From a virus (Duplodnaviria > Caudoviricetes): a stretch of DNA of 38,778 bases. Positions 1-9,465 of this stretch are shown piece by piece. The DNA is taken from positions 1 to 38,778 of the IMG/VR virus record IMGVR_UViG_3300044987_002418; one strand, given 5' to 3'. Each line of letters opens with the position of its first letter. Position 1 is the stretch's first letter. A model generated the notes under the pieces. The model was not told the origin of the DNA. It was given only the letters and a program-made list of their open reading frames with translations, and did not search any database. Both the position numbers and the translations under genes were made by a program.

Positions 1-2
1 AC

Positions 3-557
3 AAAGTTTATGTTGGAGATTTTCAAAAAGAAGGAACTAAGTCTTGTCAATTAAGACAAGTAGTAAAAACGATTAGTTACTATCCTTCAAAACAAATCAA
101 AAGCAATATGCAAGACAATCCGTTTAGTATAGTTGATTTTGGTTTTGCTGAACAACAATTTCCTAATACAGAAAACAGAGTTGCTTGGATTGATGTGCCT
201 ATGGCTGCAACCCAAGATGATGTATTGGCTAAATTGCCAACAACGTCTTGCCTTTACAGAGTAATGAGCAATAGACCAATCTTAACCAATAATCAAGCTT
301 ATGCTATTGATGAAGGTTTAAGAACAATGGATGAATTTGCTGCTACTCAAATTGTGAGATATGGCACAGAATCAGAATTTGCAGGTCAAATTGTAAAAGA
401 TGAAAATGGCAAACCTCAATATCGTCAAATTTTCTACAGTAATGTAGCAAAAGAAGATAGTGATTTGAGAAATGCTGTTGCATCAGATTACTATGCAAGT
501 GCAGCAATTGTTGCAGAATTGTCAGGTGCTTCTCTTGTTGAGGGACAAGAGTTGTAA
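3..557 (+). CDS. Conserved crAss-like phage protein, possibly ssDNA-binding; 5'-truncated by the window
   Basis: The frame is open from nt 3 (KVYVGDFQKEGTKSCQLRQVVKTISYYPSKQIKSN) into the listed ATG at 108, so the true start is upstream. The SSB call rests on recalled resemblance and context only. Confidence 0.5.
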   Translation, partial: KVYVGDFQKEGTKSCQLRQVVKTISYYPSKQIKSNMQDNPFSIVDFGFAEQQFPNTENRVAWIDVPMAATQDDVLAKLPTTSCLYRVMSNRPILTNNQAYAIDEGLRTMDEFAATQIVRYGTESEFAGQIVKDENGKPQYRQIFYSNVAKEDSDLRNAVASDYYASAAIVAELSGASLVEGQEL

Positions 558-569
558 TGACAAAAATTA

Positions 570-612
570 GGCTGAAGAATTAGGATTTCCCTAACTCTTC
601 AGCTTTTTTTTT
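570..612 (+). terminator. Rho-independent terminator
   Basis: Stem GCTGAAGA-A-TTAGG / CCTAA-C-TCTTCAGC followed by T9. Confidence 0.85.
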
Positions 613-633
613 GATAATTTAACAAATATTAAA

Positions 634-1860
634 ATGGGATTAACTCCACACCAAGAAGAAAAAATGCAACTATTAGTAGATGCTATAGAATCAGGATTAA
701 ACAGAGTTGTATTGACAGGAAGTGCAGGAGTAGGTAAAACTTATTTAGTAAATTATCTATTAAAATATTTTGCACAAAGAGCTGGTAAAATATATATTAC
801 TGCCCCAACACATAAAGCTTTAGCTGTATTAAAAGAGAAAATAGATATTGAGTATAATGCAGAATTTAGTACAATCCATTCAGCTTTAAAATTAAAAAGA
901 AAATTTAAACCTGATGGTAAAGTTTTCTTTGAACAAGAATTTAGTGAGAGATATCCACCCTTTCCAGGATGTAGCCTCTTAGTAATTGATGAAGCATCAA
1001 TGTTAAATCAAGAAATGTTAGGTCATTTAAAACAATATCATTTCTCAATCATATTTATAGGAGATGAAAAGCAAATCAATCCTGTAAAAGAAGAAAATTC
1101 TCCTGTATTTCATCAACATTGGTTTACAGTTGAACTAACTCAAATCATTAGACAAGGAGAAGGAAATCCTATCATTGATTTAAGCAGAAACTTACCTTTA
1201 ATATGGGATAAAGTATTAAATCTTACTTCACAAAAGCATGGATTCTTATACACTGATGATAGACAAAAAGTAATAGAAAAATTAGCTGCAGTTAATGGGA
1301 CAGATGAACTTAAGTATTTAGCTTGGACTAATAATGAAGTTGATGCTATTAATCAATCTGTAAGGCATCTTATTTATGGTGCTAACCCTGCAATGATTGA
1401 ACAAGGAGAAGTTTTAGTTTTAAATGCCCCATATAGTTCTATAAAAAGAGAATACTACAATAATGAGGAAATAGAAATTGAAAACTTAATTGTTGTTACT
1501 AAAAAATGTCATCCACCAGGATTAGGCTCTCTTGAAATAAATGCTTATTGCATAAATGACTCTATTTTTGCAGTACATGAATCTTCTTTGCAAGTTCACA
1601 AGAAAATCTGCAAAGACCTTAAAGATTTAGCAAATAAAAAGCACATAAAATGGACAGAATACTATGGATATATTGAAAAGTTTGCTGATTTTACTTATAA
1701 TCATGCAATTACAATTCATAAATCTCAAGGCTCAACCTATAAAGATGTGATTATTAATGTGAGAGATGCCAACAGGAATAGAGATAAAAAAGAGAAGCAA
1801 AGATTATTCTACACAGCAGTAACTAGAGCTTCAGAATTATTAATTTTATACAATGTGTAA
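634..1860 (+). CDS. SF1B DNA helicase, Dda/RecD-like
   Basis: Walker A GSAGVGKT, APTHKA, Walker B IDEASM, GDEKQINPV, IIRQ, TIHKSQGST and YTAVTRA. Confidence 0.93.
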   Translation: MGLTPHQEEKMQLLVDAIESGLNRVVLTGSAGVGKTYLVNYLLKYFAQRAGKIYITAPTHKALAVLKEKIDIEYNAEFSTIHSALKLKRKFKPDGKVFFEQEFSERYPPFPGCSLLVIDEASMLNQEMLGHLKQYHFSIIFIGDEKQINPVKEENSPVFHQHWFTVELTQIIRQGEGNPIIDLSRNLPLIWDKVLNLTSQKHGFLYTDDRQKVIEKLAAVNGTDELKYLAWTNNEVDAINQSVRHLIYGANPAMIEQGEVLVLNAPYSSIKREYYNNEEIEIENLIVVTKKCHPPGLGSLEINAYCINDSIFAVHESSLQVHKKICKDLKDLANKKHIKWTEYYGYIEKFADFTYNHAITIHKSQGSTYKDVIINVRDANRNRDKKEKQRLFYTAVTRASELLILYNV

Positions 1861-1862
1861 AT

Positions 1863-3788
1863 ATGGCTGAGTTTATAGTAGATATAGAAAGTGATGGATT
1901 ACTAGATACTGTTACTAAAATCCATGTTGTAGGTTGGTTAAACATAGCAACAGGTAAAAGTGGAACTATTACTAATTACCCTGCTATGATTAGATTTTTT
2001 AATCAAAAAGATTTAACTGTAATTGGTCATAATTTCTATCGCTATGATAAGCCTTTAGTTGAAATGATATTAGGCATAAAACTAAATGCCAAGATATTAG
2101 ATACTTTATTTCTATCTTGGTATTTAGAGCCTAATAGGTTAAAACATGGACTAGAATTTTATGGAGAAGACTTTGGTATTCTTAAACCTAAAGTAACTGA
2201 TTGGACTGAACAACCTATTGAAGTTTATGTAAATAGAGTAGTTGAAGATGTAAAAATCAATTATCAACTCTTTAAAAATCAAATGACATATCTTAAAATG
2301 CTATATGAAAATGCAGGAGAAAGAAAAAGATTACTCAATTATTTAATGTTCAAAGCTGAATGTGCTTTAGAACAAGAACAGGTTAAATGGAGATTAGACT
2401 CTGTTAAATGTAGTGCTGACCTTGCTTTATTTGAAGCAGAATTTGAAAGAAAAACAGAAGTACTTGCTGAAGCAATGCCTGAATCAATTAGTTATAGAAC
2501 TCTTAACAAACCTAAAAATCTTTATAAAAAAGATGGCTCTCTAAACAAGAAAGCAGAAGATTGGAGAGAACTTCTAATGGAATTAGGATATGACCCTATT
2601 GAACACAATGACCCTATCAAACTTGAAAAGAGTAGAGAAAGAGGAAACCCAGGTTCTACTGACCAATTAAAAGATTGGTTATTTGAATTAGGATGGATTC
2701 CTGTTACTTTTAAGTATGATAAAAACACTAAAAGAGCTATCCCACAAGTAAGTTTGCCACAAGGAAAAGGATTATGTTGGAGTGTAAAGAGATTGTATGA
2801 TGTAGAGCCTATCTTACAGGAATTGGATATGTTTTATGTAATCAAGCATAGAATAGGATTGCTTAAAGGCTTTCTTAGAGATGTAGATGACAAAGGATAT
2901 TTACAAGCTAAAATATCAGGATTAACTAATACTCTTAGATTTAAACATTCTGTAATTGTCAATTTACCTAAATATACAGGTAAAAAAGATTGGAAAGATG
3001 GAGAACATATTAGAGGATGTTTGATAGCACCTGAAGGAATGGTACTATGTGGTTCAGATATGTCTTCTTTAGAAGATAGAACTAAACAACATTATATGTA
3101 TTTCTTTGACCCTGATTATGTAAATGAAATGAATACACCAGGATTTGACCCTCATCTTAATTTAGCTGAATTTGCTTATGAGATGACTAATGGAGAAATG
3201 GGAGTAAGTCCTGAAGATATTGAATGGTATAAAGGTGTTGATGAAAATGAAGTTCTTATTGGTGAAGTAAAAAAGAAGTATCAGAATATCAAAGATGAAA
3301 GAAGTACTTTCAAAACTGTAAATTATGGTGCTGTTTATGGTGTTGGACCTCCCACAATGAGTAGAAGTTCAGGTATGCCAGTTAATAAATGCAAATTTCT
3401 TCTTGAAGCTTATTGGCAAAAGAATTGGTCTGTAAAAAAAGTTGCCAAAGCTTGTATAGTAAAAGTTATTGACAAGCAAATGTGGCTTTATAATCCTGTT
3501 AGTAAATTTTGGTATTCTTTAAGATATGATAAAGATAGATTTTCTACTCTTAATCAAGGAACAGGGGTATTCATATTTGATAATTATGTAAAAGGAGCTA
3601 GACAATTAGGAATAAGAATGTGTGGACAGTTTCACGATGAAATTGTATTCCCAATAAAACTAGGAGAAGAATCAAAAATTCACACAAAATTAAAAACTGT
3701 AATCCAAAAAATAAATACTACAATGAATCTAAATAGAGAAATGGGAGTTGATATTCAATTTGGAAATAATTATTCACAGATACATTAG
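1863..3788 (+). CDS. polA: Family A DNA polymerase with 3'-5' exonuclease (T7-like)
   Basis: ExoI DIESDG, ExoII GHNFYRYD, motif A DMSSLEDR, motif B RSTFKTVNYGAVYG and motif C QFHDE. Confidence 0.95.
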   Translation: MAEFIVDIESDGLLDTVTKIHVVGWLNIATGKSGTITNYPAMIRFFNQKDLTVIGHNFYRYDKPLVEMILGIKLNAKILDTLFLSWYLEPNRLKHGLEFYGEDFGILKPKVTDWTEQPIEVYVNRVVEDVKINYQLFKNQMTYLKMLYENAGERKRLLNYLMFKAECALEQEQVKWRLDSVKCSADLALFEAEFERKTEVLAEAMPESISYRTLNKPKNLYKKDGSLNKKAEDWRELLMELGYDPIEHNDPIKLEKSRERGNPGSTDQLKDWLFELGWIPVTFKYDKNTKRAIPQVSLPQGKGLCWSVKRLYDVEPILQELDMFYVIKHRIGLLKGFLRDVDDKGYLQAKISGLTNTLRFKHSVIVNLPKYTGKKDWKDGEHIRGCLIAPEGMVLCGSDMSSLEDRTKQHYMYFFDPDYVNEMNTPGFDPHLNLAEFAYEMTNGEMGVSPEDIEWYKGVDENEVLIGEVKKKYQNIKDERSTFKTVNYGAVYGVGPPTMSRSSGMPVNKCKFLLEAYWQKNWSVKKVAKACIVKVIDKQMWLYNPVSKFWYSLRYDKDRFSTLNQGTGVFIFDNYVKGARQLGIRMCGQFHDEIVFPIKLGEESKIHTKLKTVIQKINTTMNLNREMGVDIQFGNNYSQIH

Positions 3789-3790
3789 AT

Positions 3791-4123
3791 ATGATAACAA
3801 GAACTCAATACAATTATTCCTGTGTAACAAAAACAGGGTTAACAAAGTCACTAGCATTAATTAGTAATTCTAAAGATTTAACTCTTTGGGATAATTCTAT
3901 GGGACAGACTTTTAAAACTATTAATGAAGCAGAAATCTATATGTGTGTAGAATTTCAAGATGTACTTTTAATTAGTAAATCAACAACTACTACTGTTAAA
4001 ATAGAAAAACCTATTCAATTAGAAGTTTCAATAGGTAAAATAGGAGTATGGTGTCAATGTGATGGAGTTTATGCTACTAAGGAAACTATTTTTTGTCCTA
4101 AATGTAATAATCCTATACCATAA
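3791..4123 (+). CDS. Hypothetical protein with C-terminal Cys cluster (possible Zn ribbon)
   Basis: Tightly packed ORF ending CQC...CPKC. Confidence 0.6.
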   Translation: MITRTQYNYSCVTKTGLTKSLALISNSKDLTLWDNSMGQTFKTINEAEIYMCVEFQDVLLISKSTTTTVKIEKPIQLEVSIGKIGVWCQCDGVYATKETIFCPKCNNPIP

Positions 4124-4126
4124 TTT

Positions 4127-4336
4127 ATGTTTTCTAATTTAATAGTTGGTCCAGCTATTTGCTCAGATAAGCCTCTTTTAACTAAAGAGATAAAGAAAGA
4201 TATTGAAAAAGAAGGTCTTATTGTGGTAGCTATAGTTACTGATAAAAGAGACCCAATATTTAAAATGTTTGACCATCAAGAAGTAAAAGCTGAGGTTGTT
4301 TTTATAACAATACAATACAAAAAGAACTATGAATAA
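4127..4336 (+). CDS. Hypothetical protein
   Basis: Fills the gap between neighbours and overlaps the next gene by 8 nt. Confidence 0.55.
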   Translation: MFSNLIVGPAICSDKPLLTKEIKKDIEKEGLIVVAIVTDKRDPIFKMFDHQEVKAEVVFITIQYKKNYE

Positions 4337-5486
4337 AAATGAAACAAAAAGTAAAGTACAAAGGGAAGCCTTAGTTGCTGCAAAAGAAAAAAGTAGAGCT
4401 ATTGTTATAATGGCGACAGGTGCAGGTAAATCTAAAGTAGCCATTGATTATGCAAAAGAAATAGTATTAGATAATCTCTTTGCTAAAATTCTAATCATAG
4501 TCCCAACTGAAAAGTTAAGGGATGAAAATTGGAAAGAAGAATTTGCTAAATGGGATGCTATAGATATTTGGGATGCAAACATTGAAAGATGTTGTTATGT
4601 ATCAGCAAATAAATATGAAGGACAAGAATTTGATTTAGTAATTTGTGATGAAATTCATAATATTACTGAAAGTAATTCTTTATTTTTCTATCAAAATTCG
4701 ATAGATAAAGCAATAGGTTTAACAGCTACAATACCTGAAAATGAAGATAAAAACCTTATTCTTTATAACTTAGGATTTGAAATTGTATATGAATTGTCTT
4801 TAGACAAAGCTGTAAAATTAGAATTAGTATCTCCTTATGAGGTAATCATAGTTAAAATACCACTTGAAGCAAACAAAAAGACTTGTATCTCAGGGAGTAA
4901 AGACAAACCTTTTCTTCAAACAGAAGTAAGTAAATATGATTATTTAACAGGAGTAATGAATAAAGCCATCTTTTCACTTGACCCTAAAGTTAAAGCCACA
5001 GCAATGTTTAAAATTCTGGCTAGAATGAGATTCATTTATGATTTAAAGTCTAAAACTGAAGCTGCCAAATTCCTCCTAGAGAATTTAGTACCTCAACACG
5101 AAAGAACTCTGATTTTTGCAGGTGGGATTTCTCAAGCAGAAGAATTATGTCAAAACTCTTTTCATTCTAAAAGCAAGAAAACTGATACTAGTTTTGATGA
5201 TTTTAAAGCTAGTAGAATCAATAGATTATCTTGTGTAAATGCTCTTAATGAAGGGCAGAATATACCTGATTTAGATGTTGGTTTTGTTGTGCAGTTAAAT
5301 TCAAAAGCCCTTAATCTTATACAAAGAATTGGAAGAATTGTAAGATACAGAGAAGGGCACAGAGCACAGATTTATATCTTATGTGCAACAGGAACTCAAG
5401 ATGAAGTTTGGGTAGAAAAAGCTACAGAAGAATTGGATAAAAGTTGCATTACTTATGTAAACTATAAAGATTTTTTTGTATCTTAG
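4329..5486 (+). CDS. SF2 DExH helicase (UvsW/ResIII-like)
   Basis: ATGAGKS, VPT, DEIH, LTAT, LNEGQNIPDL and QRIGRIVR. Confidence 0.92.
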   Translation: MNKNETKSKVQREALVAAKEKSRAIVIMATGAGKSKVAIDYAKEIVLDNLFAKILIIVPTEKLRDENWKEEFAKWDAIDIWDANIERCCYVSANKYEGQEFDLVICDEIHNITESNSLFFYQNSIDKAIGLTATIPENEDKNLILYNLGFEIVYELSLDKAVKLELVSPYEVIIVKIPLEANKKTCISGSKDKPFLQTEVSKYDYLTGVMNKAIFSLDPKVKATAMFKILARMRFIYDLKSKTEAAKFLLENLVPQHERTLIFAGGISQAEELCQNSFHSKSKKTDTSFDDFKASRINRLSCVNALNEGQNIPDLDVGFVVQLNSKALNLIQRIGRIVRYREGHRAQIYILCATGTQDEVWVEKATEELDKSCITYVNYKDFFVS

Positions 5487-5519
5487 TAGGCTCAACTAAT
5501 AATTAAATACCACAAATTT

Positions 5520-6074
5520 ATGTCTCAGATTGTAACAATCAACTCTGATATATTGTTAGCTTTAAGAGAGTGCAATATCAATAAAGATACTGCACTTCTC
5601 TATTTATTAGGCATCTATTTTAATATAGATACACAATACATCAATGAAAAAACTAAGACTCAGGTTAATGCCCTAAAAATAGTAGAAAGGGAATATAAAG
5701 ATAATTCTACTACACTCCATAAAATTACTTGGAAAGTACCATTATTTACAGAAGAGAAAAGTGAAGCTTTTGCTTGGGTAACTGACTGGATGGAAGGATT
5801 TGCTAAAATCAACCCTGAAAGAAAAGGAACTAAATCCTCTGTAGATGCAAGAATGAAGAAATTCTTTGCAGAACATCCTGAAGTTAGGGTTCAAGATGTC
5901 TTTGCAGCAACTCAGGCTTATTTCAAAACTGTTAATGACCCACAATATCTTAAATCATCTCATAAATTCATTATGGATGGAGCAGGATTTAGTAAGGTTA
6001 GTATGCTTGAACAATGGCTTGAAACTATTAAAGTGTCAGGAATTAGAGATGGTAGAACTAGTAAAATGAGATAA
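5520..6074 (+). CDS. Putative replication initiation/helicase-loader-associated protein
   Basis: Coupled by a TAATG overlap to the DnaB-like gene. The function is inferred from context only. Confidence 0.45.
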   Translation: MSQIVTINSDILLALRECNINKDTALLYLLGIYFNIDTQYINEKTKTQVNALKIVEREYKDNSTTLHKITWKVPLFTEEKSEAFAWVTDWMEGFAKINPERKGTKSSVDARMKKFFAEHPEVRVQDVFAATQAYFKTVNDPQYLKSSHKFIMDGAGFSKVSMLEQWLETIKVSGIRDGRTSKMR

Positions 6075-7252
6075 TGAATTTTAGAGAGAAATTTAAGAAT
6101 GGTTTAGCAGGATTAAACTTTGGATTACCCACAGGAATCAAAAATATAGACATAGTTACAGGAGGTGTGCAAAAAGCTTCTATTTATGTTGTTGGTGCTG
6201 GACCAAAAGTAGGTAAAACTACCTTTACAGATTTTGCTTTTGTTCTCTCTCCATTTCTATTTTATTTAGATGAGTTGAAGAAAGGCAATCCTTTAGGTAT
6301 CTCAGTTGAATGGATTTATTTTTCATTTGAAATAGATAGAGTTAAAAAAGAGTTTAAGTATATCACTTTCTTTATGTTTAGAGATTATGGTATTACAACT
6401 TTTACTTGGAATAATGAAGTCTATGAGATAAGTCCAACATATCTTGAAGGTAAAATGTCTGATAATGATGGAAAAAGAATTATTCCATCAGCAGAACATC
6501 AGAAAATTGTACTTAAGATTTATGAAGATAGAATCATACCTCTTTTTGGAGAATATGATGAAAAAGGAAAACAGATTAAAGCAGGTCTAATTAGATTTGT
6601 TCAGAATAGAGATAATCCTACAGGGCTTAGAAATTTTATAGGACATTATACTACTGAACAAGGAACTTGGAACAAAGTTAAATATTGGGAGATTGTTGGT
6701 AAAGACGAACAAGGAGGAGACTTAAAAGTACAGAAGGAAAGAAGAGATAGTTGGACTCCAAATGACCCAAAAAAGTACACAATTATTGTACTAGACCATA
6801 TTAGAAAACTTAAAGATGAGAGAGGTTTCCAAAAGAAACAGCTTGTTGATAAGATGGTTGAGTATCAAGTAGAATTTAGAAATTGGTGTGGCTTTACATT
6901 TGTAGATATTATCCACCTTAATAGAGGCTTAGGGGATGTAACCAGATTAAAGTATAACAATGAGTTTATTTATCCTACAGGAGATGATATTAAAGAAACA
7001 GGTAATCTCTCAGAAGAGGCAGATTATGTGTTTACAATGATGAATCCAAATGATGAAAAGTACAATTTAACTAAACATTTTGGACTACAGATTAAAAGTA
7101 CAGCAAATGATGAGATATATCCTAACTACATCTCAATCCATTTAGTTGAAAGTAGGGACACTGAATGTCCTGTCCATTTTAAGACCATAATGAAAGGAAA
7201 TATTAACTCTTTTATACCCTTAATTGAAAATACAGGGTATGGAAATTATTAA
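6074..7252 (+). CDS. DnaB-like (SF4) replicative helicase
   Basis: GLPTG, Walker A GAGPKVGKT, FSFEI, IIVLDH, HLNR and IKETGNLSEEAD. Confidence 0.85.
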   Translation: MNFREKFKNGLAGLNFGLPTGIKNIDIVTGGVQKASIYVVGAGPKVGKTTFTDFAFVLSPFLFYLDELKKGNPLGISVEWIYFSFEIDRVKKEFKYITFFMFRDYGITTFTWNNEVYEISPTYLEGKMSDNDGKRIIPSAEHQKIVLKIYEDRIIPLFGEYDEKGKQIKAGLIRFVQNRDNPTGLRNFIGHYTTEQGTWNKVKYWEIVGKDEQGGDLKVQKERRDSWTPNDPKKYTIIVLDHIRKLKDERGFQKKQLVDKMVEYQVEFRNWCGFTFVDIIHLNRGLGDVTRLKYNNEFIYPTGDDIKETGNLSEEADYVFTMMNPNDEKYNLTKHFGLQIKSTANDEIYPNYISIHLVESRDTECPVHFKTIMKGNINSFIPLIENTGYGNY

Positions 7253-7258
7253 TTAACT

Positions 7259-7558
7259 ATGTCAAATGCAATAGCAGTAGTAACAGAAAGTGGATTTGGA
7301 AAAACCACATCAGTAGGCTCAATACCTGAATTAGATATTATAGGATTGAACCCAGCAGAAACCTTTTTCTTTAATGTAAAAGGGAAACCATTACCATTTA
7401 GAGGTTGGAGAAAAATGTACATTCCTGTAAAGTTTGATGCAAATACTCCACCAAAAGAAGGTAATTATTTAGACTCTTGTAATCCTTATGATATTATCAA
7501 AGTGATGCAATATATTGGAGCTAAAAGACCTGAAATCAAGAATATAGTTATTGATGAT
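7259..7558 (+). CDS. AAA_24/Sak4-like P-loop ATPase, exon 1
   Basis: Walker A ESGFGKTT, KPLPF and Walker B NIVIDD. It ends at the intron 5' splice site. Confidence 0.88.
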
Positions 7559-7803
7559 TAAACGGTAGTCATCATTAAATCTCGTGAATCTGGGAAAGTC
7601 TTAGTAAAAGATAACCCTTATCCAAGATATATAGAAATATGTATAAGGAACAACGACTAGTAAATACTGTCCTAACAAGTGGTGTTGAGGAGAATGAATT
7701 ACCAAGAGTGCGGGATATAGGCTTATGTGTACCAACATTTAAAGGCTTATAAAGAGATAGTCTGAACTATACAAATAATTACAAAATAAAATTACCCATA
7801 TAT

Positions 7804-7851
7804 TATGGTTATCATCTAAAAAATTGTATTTTTATAAAATAAAAATACAAT
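7804..7851 (+). promoter_or_regulatory. Hairpin occluding the endonuclease translation initiation region, overlapping a possible Bacteroidota-type promoter
   Basis: Perfect inverted repeat ATTGTATTTTTA (7823-7834)/TAAAAATACAAT (7840-7851) ends 4 nt before ATG 7856. TATTTTTA is one mismatch from TAnnTTTG. Confidence 0.55.
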
Positions 7852-7855
7852 AACT

Positions 7856-8473
7856 ATGGTAAATATTTACACCTTATCTGACCCTAAAACAGGAGAAATC
7901 AGATATATAGGACAAACAACCAGAAAATTAATAGATAGATGGTATGACCATTGTTCTGAGTATAAACTTGCAAGAGAAACTAATCATAAAAGAAATTGGA
8001 TTGTTTCACTAAAAAAACAAGAACTTAGACCAAAAATTGAAATTTTAGATATTGTTGAAGAATCTAATTGGATTTTTTGGGAACAATACTGGATTTCACA
8101 ATTTAAAAGTTGGGGGTATAATTTAACAAACCTATCTGATGGTGGAGAAGGTAATTTAGGAGGAACAGGATGTTTAGGATATAGACATACAGAAGAAGCT
8201 AAAGCAAATATAAGTAGATTAAATTCAAGACCTAAAACAGAATCTTGGATTTTAAATGCTGGAAATGCTAAAAGAAAAACTACTGCAACTCCTATAATAC
8301 AATTTACTAAAGAGGGTATTTTTGTTAAAAAATGGACTTCTTTTTTTGAAGCAGCAAAATATATTAATGTGGATGGTGTTTATAAATCAACTATAAAAAA
8401 TATACATGCTTGTTGTAAAAAGAAAAGAAAAACAGCCTACAATTTTAAATGGGAATATGAAAGTATAGAATGA
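7856..8473 (+). CDS. Intron-encoded GIY-YIG homing endonuclease with NUMOD3 and NUMOD1/IENR1-type DNA-binding modules
   Basis: NIY...RYIGQT, conserved R (DRW), E (WEQYWI) and N (NLSDGG); HTEEAKANIS; C-terminal PIIQFTKEG...EAAK...CCKKKRKTAYNFKWEY. Confidence 0.92.
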   Translation: MVNIYTLSDPKTGEIRYIGQTTRKLIDRWYDHCSEYKLARETNHKRNWIVSLKKQELRPKIEILDIVEESNWIFWEQYWISQFKSWGYNLTNLSDGGEGNLGGTGCLGYRHTEEAKANISRLNSRPKTESWILNAGNAKRKTTATPIIQFTKEGIFVKKWTSFFEAAKYINVDGVYKSTIKNIHACCKKKRKTAYNFKWEYESIE

Positions 8474-8507
8474 AAGGATAAAGAGCCTTTCAGATAACAA
8501 ATGTATG

Positions 8508-8933
8508 TACCAATACATTCTTGCAGATGAGTTTATGGCTCAAGCATTGAAAGCAGGATTTGATAAGTTTAATAAACTAGCAAAAAATGCCTATGATGTA
8601 TTGAATACAGGAATAGGATTACCAGCACATATCAATTTTATTGTGTTAACTCACAGTGAAGAAATTGAGAATGGATTTCAAACAAGTTATAAGATTAAAA
8701 CTATTGGTAAAATGTTAGATAATAAGGTAACTCTTGAAGGTCTATTTACTATTGTTTTATATGGTAAACAAATTTGGAATGATAAAGATAAAAAAGTTAC
8801 AAAATCTTTTGTAACCAATTTTGATGGACAATATCCAGCTAAATCACCTGTTGGAATGTTCAAAGACCTTTACATCTTAAATGATTTAGGGGCAGTTATC
8901 AAAGCTGTTGATGACTACAATAATGGAGAGTAA
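8508..8933 (+). CDS. AAA_24/Sak4-like ATPase, exon 2 (spliced product 241 aa)
   Basis: YQYILADEF, VLTHSEE, KTIGKMLD, EGLFTIVL and AKSP. It continues exon 1 in frame after splicing. Confidence 0.88.
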   Translation, partial: YQYILADEFMAQALKAGFDKFNKLAKNAYDVLNTGIGLPAHINFIVLTHSEEIENGFQTSYKIKTIGKMLDNKVTLEGLFTIVLYGKQIWNDKDKKVTKSFVTNFDGQYPAKSPVGMFKDLYILNDLGAVIKAVDDYNNGE

Positions 8934-8988
8934 AGCACCTATGCTAAAATAGGAATAAATATTTATTAATCTTTTAAATTTAAGACAA

Positions 8989-9429
8989 ATGTCAAATTTA
9001 GGAACAAATGAGAATGGAGCTGCAGCTACATCCCCAAGACAAGTACAACTTACAGTAAGTGGTGTACAAAATGATTTAAAGAATGGTCTTTCAAGACCTA
9101 TGATTCAAGCAAAATATGCTCTTTCAGGTAAAGACTTGAAAGATTTATTTTCGCATCCTTCCCTAAAAGGACTAAAAACCAAAAGTGCTCCAGGTTTTGT
9201 ATTATTTGATGATACAGTTGAAGGAACACAAGCACCTGAAATTTCTCAAATTTCAACACCAGCACCAGCACCAATAGTGGTTGAGGATGAGGTTGAAGAA
9301 GTTGAAGAAATTGAAGTGTATGAAACTGAAGAAGTGTCAGACAATGATGTAAGACAAGAACCACAAGCTTCTGCACCTGTTTTAGAACCTTGGGAGCAAG
9401 ATTTAACTGAAACAGATTCAGTTCTTTAA
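8989..9429 (+). CDS. Hypothetical protein with small helical N-domain and acidic disordered tail
   Basis: Codon usage matches neighbours; E/D/P-rich C-terminal half. Confidence 0.7.
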   Translation: MSNLGTNENGAAATSPRQVQLTVSGVQNDLKNGLSRPMIQAKYALSGKDLKDLFSHPSLKGLKTKSAPGFVLFDDTVEGTQAPEISQISTPAPAPIVVEDEVEEVEEIEVYETEEVSDNDVRQEPQASAPVLEPWEQDLTETDSVL

Positions 9430-9465
9430 AAACAAATTATTAATTTTACAAAATAAGAAATTATT

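Larger units (their letters stand above)
7559..8507 (+). mobile_element. Group I self-splicing intron with homing endonuclease ORF
   Basis: The IGS GGTAGTCATCA (7564-7574) pairs with the exon 1 end TGATGAT (U7558.G7568 wobble) and the exon 2 start TACC. Also present: P7 GACTA (7655-7659)/TAGTC (7758-7762), P9 CTATAC (7767-7772)/GTATAG (8463-8468) and a terminal G8507. Splicing restores IVIDD-YQYILADEF. Confidence 0.93.

Noticed and set aside
7259-8933. Stop-codon readthrough, an intein, or two separate ATPase genes
   Set aside because: The group I intron pairings and in-frame splice junction explain the split, and the ATG at 8505 lies inside the intron.
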